A stretch of 64,000 nt of DNA from Planctomycetota bacterium (GTDB lineage Bacteria; Planctomycetota; Planctomycetia; Pirellulales; PNKZ01): the NCBI GenBank assembly GCA_018242585.1, contig JAFEBQ010000031.1:1044-65043 (forward strand). The letters are read 5' to 3'. How positions within the stretch are numbered: position 1 is the first letter of the stretch; every line of letters starts with the position of its first letter. The position numbers were made by a program, and so were the translations under genes. Under the pieces are notes generated by a model. That model saw nothing but the letters and a program-made list of their open reading frames with translations. It did not search any database and was not told the DNA's origin. This document shows, one piece after another, positions 45,121 through 53,973 of the stretch.

Positions 45121-45216
45121 CCAGCCAGGGCCGCCAAGTGGCACGCAGCCACCCTGCGGCGATTGCCCTGGTGGCTGCCACGCCCGCCAGCGCGACATTT
45201 TACAAGGTTGAAGATC

Positions 45217-46425
45217 ATGAATCGTAACGGACTGACCGCGGTTATTCCGCATCGCCTGGCCGGCGCGCCATCGCCTGGTTCCCAGTGCTCGTCTCGGCGC
45301 GGCGGCGTAACGCTTGTCGAGTTGCTGGTGGTGATCACCATCATGCTGATCCTGATGTCGATGGGAAGCTATGCGGCGTGGCGGGCCTATCGCGGCTCAA
45401 TTGAAAAGAGCATGCGCGTCAGCCTAGCCGAGTTGCATGGCGCCATGACCAAGCTGACCACGGACGGGGGGGGGAAAGTCCCGCCGAGCAATGGGGGCCT
45501 GAGCACCGCGACCAAGAATGCCATCAACCGCAGCGATCGGTTCATGGACTATGTGCGCACGCGCTGGCCCAAGCAGAAAATGCCGGCCACCTATTCGGCA
45601 TTGCGGACGTTTGTTCTGGGAAAATACGTTTTCGTGCCGCGCAATTGCTTTCCGCTCCCTGGCAGCTCGGAGCGGCAAGGACTGGACATCGATACCATGG
45701 ACCAGGCCGAAGCGCTAGTCTTTTGGCTGGGGGGCTTTCCCAACGTCCTGAACGGCACCTCATCGAACTATGTCTCGAATACCAAGCTGATCGGCTTCAG
45801 CAATGATCCGAGCTATCCGTTCAGACTGGACTCGGGAGTGGGCAACCAGGTGTTACGCGGCCTCAGCGGCAGAGGTGATTATATGGGCCGCAATTCGCCC
45901 GACGAATACGTCAGATTCGACGAGGCGAAGCTGGTCGACTATGACCAGGACGGCTGGCTGGAATATGCGCAGGAGACTCCCAAGGACTCGAACGATTGGG
46001 TTCCGCCATACGCATACTTCGATGGGCCACTCTATTCTGCCTGGCTCCAATCCTCGACCACGGCCTCGTTCAACAGCTACCCGTCGATGTCGGCCGTGCC
46101 CCCCTGGACCGGTCTGACCGCCAGCCAAGGAGCGGTCCTGGCCGGCCAATGGGGAGTCGCTTGCCCGTACGCCACTTCGATCGAGCAGAACAACAACCCG
46201 ATCAAGTGGGTCAATGCCTTTACGTTTCAGATCATCTGCGCGGGGCTCGATCGGCAATACGGCGACCCGTCCAGTCCGCAGATGCGCATTCCCCTGGTGC
46301 CGGCGGGCAATACCGTCGTCGGCGGCAAGGTGACCCCAGGGCTTTCCGACGCCGATAACGACAACCTGACCAACTTCGCCGACCAGAGAATTCAGCTTTA
46401 CAACCAGGTCAGCACCGGACAGTAG
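45217..46425 (+). CDS. Prepilin-type N-terminal cleavage/methylation domain protein (paralogue of 43969-45120)
   Basis: GVTLVELLVVITIMLILMSMG is present, along with the shared blocks MDQAEALVFWLGGFP, LIGF and DGWLEY. I chose the ATG at 45217. Confidence 0.8.
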   Translation: MNRNGLTAVIPHRLAGAPSPGSQCSSRRGGVTLVELLVVITIMLILMSMGSYAAWRAYRGSIEKSMRVSLAELHGAMTKLTTDGGGKVPPSNGGLSTATKNAINRSDRFMDYVRTRWPKQKMPATYSALRTFVLGKYVFVPRNCFPLPGSSERQGLDIDTMDQAEALVFWLGGFPNVLNGTSSNYVSNTKLIGFSNDPSYPFRLDSGVGNQVLRGLSGRGDYMGRNSPDEYVRFDEAKLVDYDQDGWLEYAQETPKDSNDWVPPYAYFDGPLYSAWLQSSTTASFNSYPSMSAVPPWTGLTASQGAVLAGQWGVACPYATSIEQNNNPIKWVNAFTFQIICAGLDRQYGDPSSPQMRIPLVPAGNTVVGGKVTPGLSDADNDNLTNFADQRIQLYNQVSTGQ

Positions 46426-46474
46426 AACCGCGGCGGCTCACGACTAGTTTTGGAAGCGCATGTCGATTGTCCGC

Positions 46475-46524
46475 CCAAGCCGGCGGCTCTGCCGCCGAGA
46501 ACGGTGGCAAAGCCACCGGCTTGG
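46475..46524. repeat. 50-bp palindromic repeat (inverted copy of 29360-29409)
   Basis: CCAAGCCGGCGGCTCTGCCGCCGAGAACGGTGGCAAAGCCACCGGCTTGG. Its reverse complement differs from the 29360 copy only in the central few bases. Confidence 0.85.
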
Positions 46525-46556
46525 AAGAGACGGCATCGATTGAATCGAGAATCGCC

Positions 46557-48008
46557 TTAGCCCAGGCCCTCGATCGGGTCGCCGTGATAGACGAAGTGGG
46601 GCCGGCCCGTGGCGTCGTGCCAGGCCAGCTCGCGCGGAATGCCCAGGGCGCGATAGATCGTGGCCCCCAAGTTCTCGGGCGTCTGCAAGTCCGACGCCGG
46701 CAGCGCGCCGATCTTGTCGGTCGAGCCGACCACCGTGCCGCCGCGCACGCCACCACCGGCCAGGAACACGGTTTGAGTTCCCCAATGGTCGCGCCCGGGG
46801 CCGGCGTAAAACTGGGCGAGCGTCGATATCTTCGGCGTGCGACCCATCTCGCCGGCCATCACGATTAGCGTCTGGTCCAGCAATCCGCGCTCGTGCAGAT
46901 CGTCGAGCAAGGCCGACACCGCGCGATCGGTCGGCGGGAACAAATAGTCCTTCAAGGTCGGGAAGGCGTTGCCGTGCGTGTCCCAGGTTTCGTTGTTCCC
47001 CAGGTTCACCTGCACCAGGTTCACGCCCGCCTCGACCAGTTGCCGCGCGATCAGCAATGACCAGCCGAACGTATTGCGGCCATAGCGATCGAGCGACCGG
47101 TCGTCGGCGTGCGAGACGTCGAAAGCGCGGCGGACGCGCGGGTCGGTGACCAGCGAGATGGCCCGCTGGCGGTAATCGTCAAAGGCCGAGACGCTGGCCA
47201 TCTTTTCCAGCTCGGCGCGTTGTCGGTTCAAATCGGCCAGCAGCTCAAAGCGATCGGCTGCCCGTTCGCCGCCAAATTCGGTCGGCAAGGTCAGATTCGG
47301 CGCTTGGAACTTGAAGTCTTCGAGTTTCTGCGGACCTTTGGCATGATGAAAGGCGTAGCCCGGCTTGGCGCCGTAGGCCGTGCTGCTGAACGGCGACAGC
47401 GAGAGGAACATCGGATCCCGATGTCGTCCCATCTCGCCGGCGAATTGTCCCGGGATCACGCGCCCTTCGCGGTGGACCAACACCTCGGGCAAGACGACCG
47501 CCGGCGGCAAGTTGTTGCGCGGCTGGGTGACGGCCTGGGCAATGGCCGCGATCGACGGCCAGTCGCTCGGCTTGGGTTCCGTGCGACTGAAACCCGGCGG
47601 CATCATCGACCGCCCGGTCAACATCGCCAGGTGTCCCATCGAATGGTCGGGAAACGGGTGCCGTAGCGACCGGACCAGCGCCCAGTGCTCGCTGCGCGCG
47701 GCCAGCAGGGGCAAGTGTTCGCAAATCTGGATGCCGGGCGTCGCCGTGGCGATCGGGTTGAACTCGCCGCGGATATTATCCGGGGCGTCGGGCTTCATAT
47801 CGAAGCTGTCGTGCTGCCCCAACCCGCCCGACAGAAAGATGTAGATCACCGACTTGGCCCGGGCCTTGGGTGCCGTACCAGCGGCCAGGGCGCGCAGGCC
47901 CTCGACGTGGTTGATCCCCAGACCCAACAGTCCGATCGCGCCGGCTTCGAGCATCGAGCGTCGCGGCAAGCGCGCAGGCCGAGGAATCGGTTGAGCCGAA
48001 GGCTGCAT
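46557..48008 (-). CDS. DUF1501 domain protein (sulfatase-fold) with a TAT signal
   Basis: RRSMLEAGAIGLLGLG is a TAT motif. SVIYIFLSGGLGQHDSFDMKPDAP and GEMGRTP are typical DUF1501 blocks. Confidence 0.85.
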   Translation of the reverse strand: MQPSAQPIPRPARLPRRSMLEAGAIGLLGLGINHVEGLRALAAGTAPKARAKSVIYIFLSGGLGQHDSFDMKPDAPDNIRGEFNPIATATPGIQICEHLPLLAARSEHWALVRSLRHPFPDHSMGHLAMLTGRSMMPPGFSRTEPKPSDWPSIAAIAQAVTQPRNNLPPAVVLPEVLVHREGRVIPGQFAGEMGRHRDPMFLSLSPFSSTAYGAKPGYAFHHAKGPQKLEDFKFQAPNLTLPTEFGGERAADRFELLADLNRQRAELEKMASVSAFDDYRQRAISLVTDPRVRRAFDVSHADDRSLDRYGRNTFGWSLLIARQLVEAGVNLVQVNLGNNETWDTHGNAFPTLKDYLFPPTDRAVSALLDDLHERGLLDQTLIVMAGEMGRTPKISTLAQFYAGPGRDHWGTQTVFLAGGGVRGGTVVGSTDKIGALPASDLQTPENLGATIYRALGIPRELAWHDATGRPHFVYHGDPIEGLG

Positions 48009-48252
48009 GGCCGAGTGCTCCTGGCGGGAAGAACTTGCGGGAGACGGAACGGTCGAACCTTCACGCGCGGCAAATCATGTCGGCCGCGTCATTCGTGGGC
48101 GGGCGTCAAACCGGTGGGCTCGGCACGCATCAAGTAATGCCGATAAATCAGATTATCGGCAGGCCGAGACCCCGTCAAGAAAAGTTGCCGAGGCGTTTTG
48201 GGGTCATTTTTGTAACGTCCTAAGCAAGCCCCACTTGCGGCAACGCCGCAAC

Positions 48253-48414
48253 ACCTCTCCCTTTCAGGGAGAGGTCGCGAGCGCAGCGAAGCGGGTGAGG
48301 GTAGATGGGTCACTGGCCGACAGACATCGCGCTCAACGGGTCTCCCTCGGCGCAATCTCCAATGGCCCTCGACGTCCTTACCCTCCCCCAGCCCCTCCCT
48401 GGCAGGGAGGGGTG
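48253..48414. repeat. Pair of inverted CTCCCT/CCCTCCCT hairpin repeat units flanking about 75 bp
   Basis: The first unit is ACCTCTCCCT-TTCA-GGGAGAGGT followed by ...GGGTGAGGGTA (48253-48303). The second is TTACCCTCCCCCAGCCCCTCCCT-GGC-AGGGAGGGGTG (48378-48414). The second closely resembles the 36491 unit. Confidence 0.7.
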
Positions 48415-48455
48415 TTTATCACGCGCGACTGCAGTATTGTCCAGAGCGCGGAGCA

Positions 48456-49931
48456 TTATTCCAACGCCTCGGCCTTTTCGATCACTTCCATCGTGCGCCA
48501 GCGGCCACCGAGGAAGCGGCCCAGCAGCACAAACCCTTGCAGCGTGATCACCGCGCTCATCAGCGTCCAAAGCAAGTGCAGGCTGCCTTGGCCACTCTGC
48601 AGGATCAGCCAGGCCGCGCCGGCGAAGACCGCGCCGACGATCCAGGCCAGATGGAACACGAACCAGGTATCGCCGGCCCCTTTGATGGCCGACGAAAAGA
48701 CGACCGCCATCGCGTCGGCCAGGCTGTAGATGGCCAAGAACACCAATAGCTCGCGCGTCGTATCGCGCAGCGCGCCAGTCGGCTGTTCTTCGGCGGCGAC
48801 CCATTGAAAGAACAGCACCGCGTCGGGAAAGAACAGGTAGATCACCGTAAACGCCAGCATGTAGCCGCTGGCCAGCGCGAACGCCGACCAGGCCGACCGC
48901 GCGGCCCGCTCGACGTGGCGATGGCCCATGTGCCGGCCGACCAGCGTCATCGTTGCCAGGCCGATCCCGACCACGGGCATGAAGGCCAGGTTGTTGACGT
49001 TGAACGCCAAGGTCGTGGCCGCGAGCGCTTCTTGGCTGACCTTGCCGATGACCATGATGAAGAACGTATACGCCACCGCCTCGAACATCAGTTGCAGACC
49101 GCTGGCCAGGCCGAACTTGGACAGCCGGCCGAGCATGGCCAGTTGCGGTCGCCAGCCAGCGAGCGTGTGGTATTCGCTACGGTACGCCTTCGGCACGAGG
49201 AACAGCGCGGCATAGACCACGGTCTTGAACCAGATGGCGATCACGGTGGCCCAGGCGGCGCCGGCGATGCCCGCTTCGGGAAAGCCGTAATAGCCATAAA
49301 TCCAGCAGTAATCGAGCCCGATGTTCAACAGCGCGCCGGCAATATCGACGATCATCACCACCAGCACGCGGCCACGACCCGTGAAGAAGGCGCTGAGCGC
49401 CGTCGTGGCGATCATGCCCGGCGCGCCCCAGGCGTTGATCTCGAAGTAAATCACCTCCAACGGGCGCACCGCGTCGCCGTGGTCCACCAGCTCGAACAGG
49501 CCGGGCGCGAACGGCACCAGCGCAAACATCACCGGCGCCGCGGCCACGCCGATCCAAATGCCCTGCCAGACGGCAGGTCCGATCTGCTGGGGCCGCCCGG
49601 CGCCGTAGTATTGCGAGACGAAGGTGTTGGCGTATGACGCGATGCCGATCGGAAAGCAGACCAGGCTCCAGAAGAGCATGGCCGCGGGCAGCGCCGCCGC
49701 CACCGCGTCGTGCGAGTAGCCCAGCAGCAACACCCGATCGATGAAGTTCATGATGGTCCACGACAGGGTCGAGATCATCAACGGCAGCGCCACGCGCCAC
49801 ACCTGGGCCATCGCCACGCGCCACAATCGCCACTGTTGCCGGCGCCATTGCTGTCGTCGCGCGCGCAGCGGGTCGGGCGTGCCAGCAGCGCTGGTCGACA
49901 CGGGCTCGGCTATCGGCGCGGCAGTGGGCAT
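48456..49931 (-). CDS. MATE-family efflux transporter
   Basis: 491 aa, about 12 TM segments. ALPLMISTLSWTIMNFIDRVLLLGYSHDAVAAAL is a typical MATE N-terminal block. Confidence 0.85.
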   Translation of the reverse strand: MPTAAPIAEPVSTSAAGTPDPLRARRQQWRRQQWRLWRVAMAQVWRVALPLMISTLSWTIMNFIDRVLLLGYSHDAVAAALPAAMLFWSLVCFPIGIASYANTFVSQYYGAGRPQQIGPAVWQGIWIGVAAAPVMFALVPFAPGLFELVDHGDAVRPLEVIYFEINAWGAPGMIATTALSAFFTGRGRVLVVMIVDIAGALLNIGLDYCWIYGYYGFPEAGIAGAAWATVIAIWFKTVVYAALFLVPKAYRSEYHTLAGWRPQLAMLGRLSKFGLASGLQLMFEAVAYTFFIMVIGKVSQEALAATTLAFNVNNLAFMPVVGIGLATMTLVGRHMGHRHVERAARSAWSAFALASGYMLAFTVIYLFFPDAVLFFQWVAAEEQPTGALRDTTRELLVFLAIYSLADAMAVVFSSAIKGAGDTWFVFHLAWIVGAVFAGAAWLILQSGQGSLHLLWTLMSAVITLQGFVLLGRFLGGRWRTMEVIEKAEALE

Positions 49932-49973
49932 AGGTTCAGGAGCGCGGAAGGTACAAATCGGTTCGCAGGACTA

Positions 49974-50159
49974 GCCACGGCACAGAGACACGGAGGATTG
50001 CACGAAGTGTGGAGGAGCGATTGCTAAGCCCCAATGACCAAATCTCAATGACCAATGCGGAATTGACGCATCTTTGGACATTGGGCATTGGTGCTTGGTC
50101 ATTGGAACTTCCCTAATCCCCCCTCCGTGCAATCCTCCGTGTCTCTGCGACTCCGTGGC
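49974..50159. repeat. Composite intergenic palindromic repeat
   Basis: GCCACGGCACAGAGACACGGAGGATTGCACG mirrors CGTGCAATCCTCCGTGTCTCTGCGACTCCGTGGC. The centre carries CAATGACCAAATCTCAATGACCAA ... TTGGGCATTGGTGCTTGGTCATTGG. Confidence 0.8.
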
Positions 50160-50162
50160 AAA

Positions 50163-51068
50163 TCAGACCCGCCAGACCAGTTCGCGCTTCTCGCCGTGGG
50201 CCGGGTGTTTCGGGTCCAGCGCTCGCAGCTCGAACGTCGCGCCGCCGTCGGTCAGGGTCACATCGACCCAGCCGTTCGGGTCGGTCTGGTTGAACACATA
50301 GGCCGTCGGCGGCAGGTTGAGGAAGTGAATCCCTTCATGGTCGGCCAGGCCCCAGTGGTGCGTATGACCGAAAATGTAAGCCTTCACTTGCCGGCGCGGC
50401 GCCAGCACTTTGAGCAACTCGACCGTGTCCAACAGCCCCGTGATCTTGCCGACCGTGACCAGCACCGGGTTGTGATGGCCGAGCACGATGGCCGGCTTGT
50501 CGGTTCGAGCATCTAGCGCCGTGGCCAGCCATTCGAGCTGATCGGCCCCCAATTGCCCTGGCGTGGCGTTGACCACGTCCAGCGAGTCGACCACGAACCA
50601 GTTCACGTGCGACGTCTCGACGACCGAAACCTGTTTTGATTCGAGCAGCCGGCGGGTGTCGCTGGGGACGAGGGCCGCGCGGAAGTTGTCGCGGTGGTCG
50701 TGGTTGCCCAAGGCCATGTGGACCGGCACGCCGGCCTGGCGCACCGGCGCGAGCTGTTCGACGAGCGTGGCATAATCGCCGGGCGCCCCCGTCAACATGG
50801 CACAGTCGCCGTCGATGAATAGTCCCGCCGGCCGCTCGTCGAGCGCTAGTACTTGGGTTAGCACGTTGCGCAGGTTGTCGGCCATGCAGACGTCGCGAAG
50901 CACGCGGGCCGCGTCGGCCGCGATGTGCGTATCGCTCAGCAGCGCGAACCGGCGCGGGTTGGTGCCCCGCTCGGCGGCGCACAGATCGCGGATCGCCAAC
51001 GCGCCCAGCGCGGCGGTCGAGCCTTGCAAGAAACGACGTCGGTTCAGCGGTGGGAGATGCCAGGGCAT
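50163..51068 (-). CDS. Metallophosphoesterase with a TAT signal
   Basis: NRRRFLQGSTAALGALA is a TAT motif. The calcineurin-like motifs LSDTHI, GDCAMLTG, GNHDH and GHTHHW are present. I chose the ATG at 51066-51068. Confidence 0.8.
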   Translation of the reverse strand: MPWHLPPLNRRRFLQGSTAALGALAIRDLCAAERGTNPRRFALLSDTHIAADAARVLRDVCMADNLRNVLTQVLALDERPAGLFIDGDCAMLTGAPGDYATLVEQLAPVRQAGVPVHMALGNHDHRDNFRAALVPSDTRRLLESKQVSVVETSHVNWFVVDSLDVVNATPGQLGADQLEWLATALDARTDKPAIVLGHHNPVLVTVGKITGLLDTVELLKVLAPRRQVKAYIFGHTHHWGLADHEGIHFLNLPPTAYVFNQTDPNGWVDVTLTDGGATFELRALDPKHPAHGEKRELVWRV

Positions 51069-51101
51069 GAAATTGCTCGCCTGTGATGCTATATAAGGAA
51101 C

Positions 51102-52073
51102 ATGCGAATTGTACTCTGTTATCCCGTCGAGCCGAAGCACCTCGCCCAGATCGCCGCCGTCGCGCCGCAAGCGGAACTCGTCGATGCGGGGCAGGAAGGC
51201 GTCGCGCGCGAGATTCTGGAAGCTGACATCTATTGCGGCCACGCTAAGGTCCATCCCATTCCTTGGGGACAGGTGGTCGAGCGAGGCCGCTTGCGCTGGA
51301 TTCAATCGTCGGCTGCTGGCACCGATCATTGCTTGACCCGCGAGGTGATCGAGTCGGACATTCCCGTCACCAGCGCTAGCGGCGTGTTAGCCGACCAGGT
51401 GGCCGAACATACGTTGGCGCTCATGACTGGCTTGTCGCGCAACTTGCCCGTCTTTTTCCATCAGCAGCAAGCCAAGATGTTCGTGCGCCAGCCGACCCGC
51501 GACGTGCATCACGGCACGGTCGGCATTGTCGGCTTTGGCGGCAACGGCCGGCGCATTGCAGAGGTGTTGCGGCCGCTGCGCGTGCGGATCGTCGCCACCG
51601 ATTACTATCCGGTCGGCAAACCCGATTACGTCGAGCGGCTGCTGCCGCCCGAAGGGCTTGATGAGTTGCTGCCGGAGATCGACTTCCTGGTACTGGCTGC
51701 GCCGCTCAATGCACACACCCGCGGCATGATTAACGCCGACACATTCGCGCGACTCAAGCCAGGCGCGTTTTTGATCAACATGGCGCGGGGCAAGCTGGTG
51801 GTGGAAGATGACCTGGTTGCGGCGCTCGAGAGTCGTCGATTGGAAGGGGCTGGGCTCGACGTGACCTGGGACGAGCCATTGCCCGAGTCGAGCCGGTTGT
51901 GGGACCAGCCGACCGTGATCATCACGCCTCACGTCGGTGGGCAAGCGGCCACGCGGATCGACGACATGACGAACTTCTTCTGCGAGAACCTGCGCCGGTA
52001 TCAGGCCGGCGAGCCGCTGTTGAACCTGTTGGTCGACAAGCGGCTGGGCTTCCCGCCGCCACGCATGGGGTAG
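51102..52073 (+). CDS. D-isomer-specific 2-hydroxyacid dehydrogenase family protein
   Basis: VGIVGFGGNGRRIAEVL is the NAD-binding GxGxxG motif. LINMARGKLV and ITPHVGG are family motifs. Confidence 0.85.
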   Translation: MRIVLCYPVEPKHLAQIAAVAPQAELVDAGQEGVAREILEADIYCGHAKVHPIPWGQVVERGRLRWIQSSAAGTDHCLTREVIESDIPVTSASGVLADQVAEHTLALMTGLSRNLPVFFHQQQAKMFVRQPTRDVHHGTVGIVGFGGNGRRIAEVLRPLRVRIVATDYYPVGKPDYVERLLPPEGLDELLPEIDFLVLAAPLNAHTRGMINADTFARLKPGAFLINMARGKLVVEDDLVAALESRRLEGAGLDVTWDEPLPESSRLWDQPTVIITPHVGGQAATRIDDMTNFFCENLRRYQAGEPLLNLLVDKRLGFPPPRMG

Positions 52074-52421
52074 GAAGTCACCAAGCGGGTCTGGTCAGGC
52101 CCCCGCGGCTTCGTTTGTGCGAGATCCGCGAACCTAACCTTGCCGAACCTTAATCCTTGCGCCGGCGTCCTAAGTCGGGGTCCAACAATGGCCCAATTGC
52201 CGTAAATTGCCTCGGCGGCGTGTCGACACGGCTTGGCCTATTCCTGAGCTGGCGGCGTAAGTCATGGCAAGTTAGAACTTTGCGAAGGTTGTCTACCGGT
52301 CACTTCGGGGGCCCGGTATAGACGCATTTCGACGACTCGAACTAGAATATTCGCACCGATCGCATCAATGGAATTAGATCGTTTTCACGGATGATTTTCC
52401 AAGGCCCAGGCGTAGTTCCGG

Positions 52422-53525
52422 ATGTCCAATACAACATTTCTTACCGGCTCGGCGACCCTCCTGTTTAACGGTCAGCGGAGCACCCGCTGCCCGGAATTAT
52501 TATTGGAGCGGTATCGCGAGCTGATTCAGCAACAGCGGTTGAACTGGACCGAACACTTGCGTTTCTCCCGGCTGCTCGGTTCGGGCGGCCAGGGGATGGT
52601 CTATTTGACCGAGCGTCGCGGCACCGACAACTTTACCTTGCCGGTCGCGGTCAAGGTCTTTTCGCCCGACCCGTACGATGACGTGCGGGCGTATGAAGAG
52701 GCGATGAGCCGTATTGCGCACGTCGCGGCGCGCGTCGCGCAGATTCAGCAGGACAACCTGCTCGACGTCCACAACTTCGTCGAACGCAATCGCATCCGCA
52801 TCATGGAAATGGAGTGGATCGACGGCTACGACTTGAGCCGATTGTTGAGCAACGAAAAGTTCAAGGAAGTTCAAAGTCGCGTTTCGACGCGCCGCTGGGA
52901 ATACATCAATAACGTCATCGTCACCGACGGGCCGGTGCAGCCGCGCTTGAAGCCGGGCATTGCCATCGCCGTGTTGCGTGAATGCTTGGGCGGCCTGGGC
53001 GCGCTCCACCGCGAAGGAATCGTTCACGGCGACATGAAGCCGTCGAACATCATGCTCAAGCGAACCGGCAACGCCAAGATCATCGACATCGGTTCGGCGA
53101 TCGACCTGGAGAACATGCCGACGCGGCGCAGTTGCACGCCGGCTTACTCGGCCCCCGAGGTGCTCGAAGGGAACGGTACGTCGCCGCGGGCTGACTTGTG
53201 CAGCCTGGGCTATGTGCTGATCGAAATGCTGTCGGGAGTCCCGTGCTTCGCGGGCGTGGTGACCTATCGCGATCTGATGGAAGCCAAGCGACTGTTGGTG
53301 CAGAAGCTGCCCGAGCGGTTGCCCAAGGAAGTGGTTCGCAACGAGTTGTTGATGAACTTGATCCGCAACCTGATCGCGCCGGACCCGATGTGCCGGTTCA
53401 CCAGCGCCGAGGCGGCGGACCTGGCCAAGGAAGGGGCGGCCAACTTCCAGCGTCAATTGGTCAAGGGCGACCTGGCCAGCGAGTACGAAAACGAGATTCG
53501 CCTCTGGCTTGAAGAGCTCGAGTAA
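52422..53525 (+). CDS. Serine/threonine protein kinase
   Basis: LLGSGGQGMVYL is the P-loop, VAVKVF carries the VAIK Lys, and IVHGDMKPSNIML is the catalytic loop with HGD in place of HRD. DIGSA replaces the DFG motif, and YSAPE is the APE motif. Confidence 0.85.
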   Translation: MSNTTFLTGSATLLFNGQRSTRCPELLLERYRELIQQQRLNWTEHLRFSRLLGSGGQGMVYLTERRGTDNFTLPVAVKVFSPDPYDDVRAYEEAMSRIAHVAARVAQIQQDNLLDVHNFVERNRIRIMEMEWIDGYDLSRLLSNEKFKEVQSRVSTRRWEYINNVIVTDGPVQPRLKPGIAIAVLRECLGGLGALHREGIVHGDMKPSNIMLKRTGNAKIIDIGSAIDLENMPTRRSCTPAYSAPEVLEGNGTSPRADLCSLGYVLIEMLSGVPCFAGVVTYRDLMEAKRLLVQKLPERLPKEVVRNELLMNLIRNLIAPDPMCRFTSAEAADLAKEGAANFQRQLVKGDLASEYENEIRLWLEELE

Positions 53526-53554
53526 GCGAATTGACCGATAGCGACGCTACTACA

Positions 53555-53584
53555 AGCCCAGGGGTTCTATCCCCTGGGCTTTTT
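53555..53584 (+). terminator. Rho-independent terminator
   Basis: AGCCCAGGGG-TTCTAT-CCCCTGGGCT followed by TTTT, 30 nt after the kinase stop. Confidence 0.75.
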
Positions 53585-53604
53585 CATGCGCTCGCAGGTT
53601 CGAT

Positions 53605-53760
53605 TTTCACCGCAGAGACGCAGAGGGCGCAGAGAAGACGGCAGAGAGAAATACGGAAGGAGTGCGATATCTGCTATCGGGGTCGCGGTAAGGTAAAAGT
53701 CGCAGAACATCATTTCTTCTCCTGGTTTTCCTCTGTGACCTCTGTGTCTCTGTGGTGAAA
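53605..53760. repeat. Composite intergenic palindromic repeat (GCAGAG-type arms)
   Basis: TTTCACCGCAGAGACGCAGAGGGCGCAGAGAAGACGGCAGAGAG mirrors CCTCTGTGACCTCTGTGTCTCTGTGGTGAAA. Confidence 0.8.
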
Positions 53761-53973
53761 CCTCGTCCTTTTGTCTTTGCAACGCCCGCTGAGCCCTGAC
53801 TTTTTCGCAAAACTTGGCTGCAAACGTCCTGGCGGCGGGCTAAGATAATCGTTCGTCGCCCGGCGGCCTGGCTGCCCCCCAAGGTGGCGCCCGCCCCAAG
53901 CTTTCCCATCCTTCGACTCGTAGTTCCTCTCGAAATACTCGTTCCCCTCGAAATATTCAGGAGACGCGCGCCC

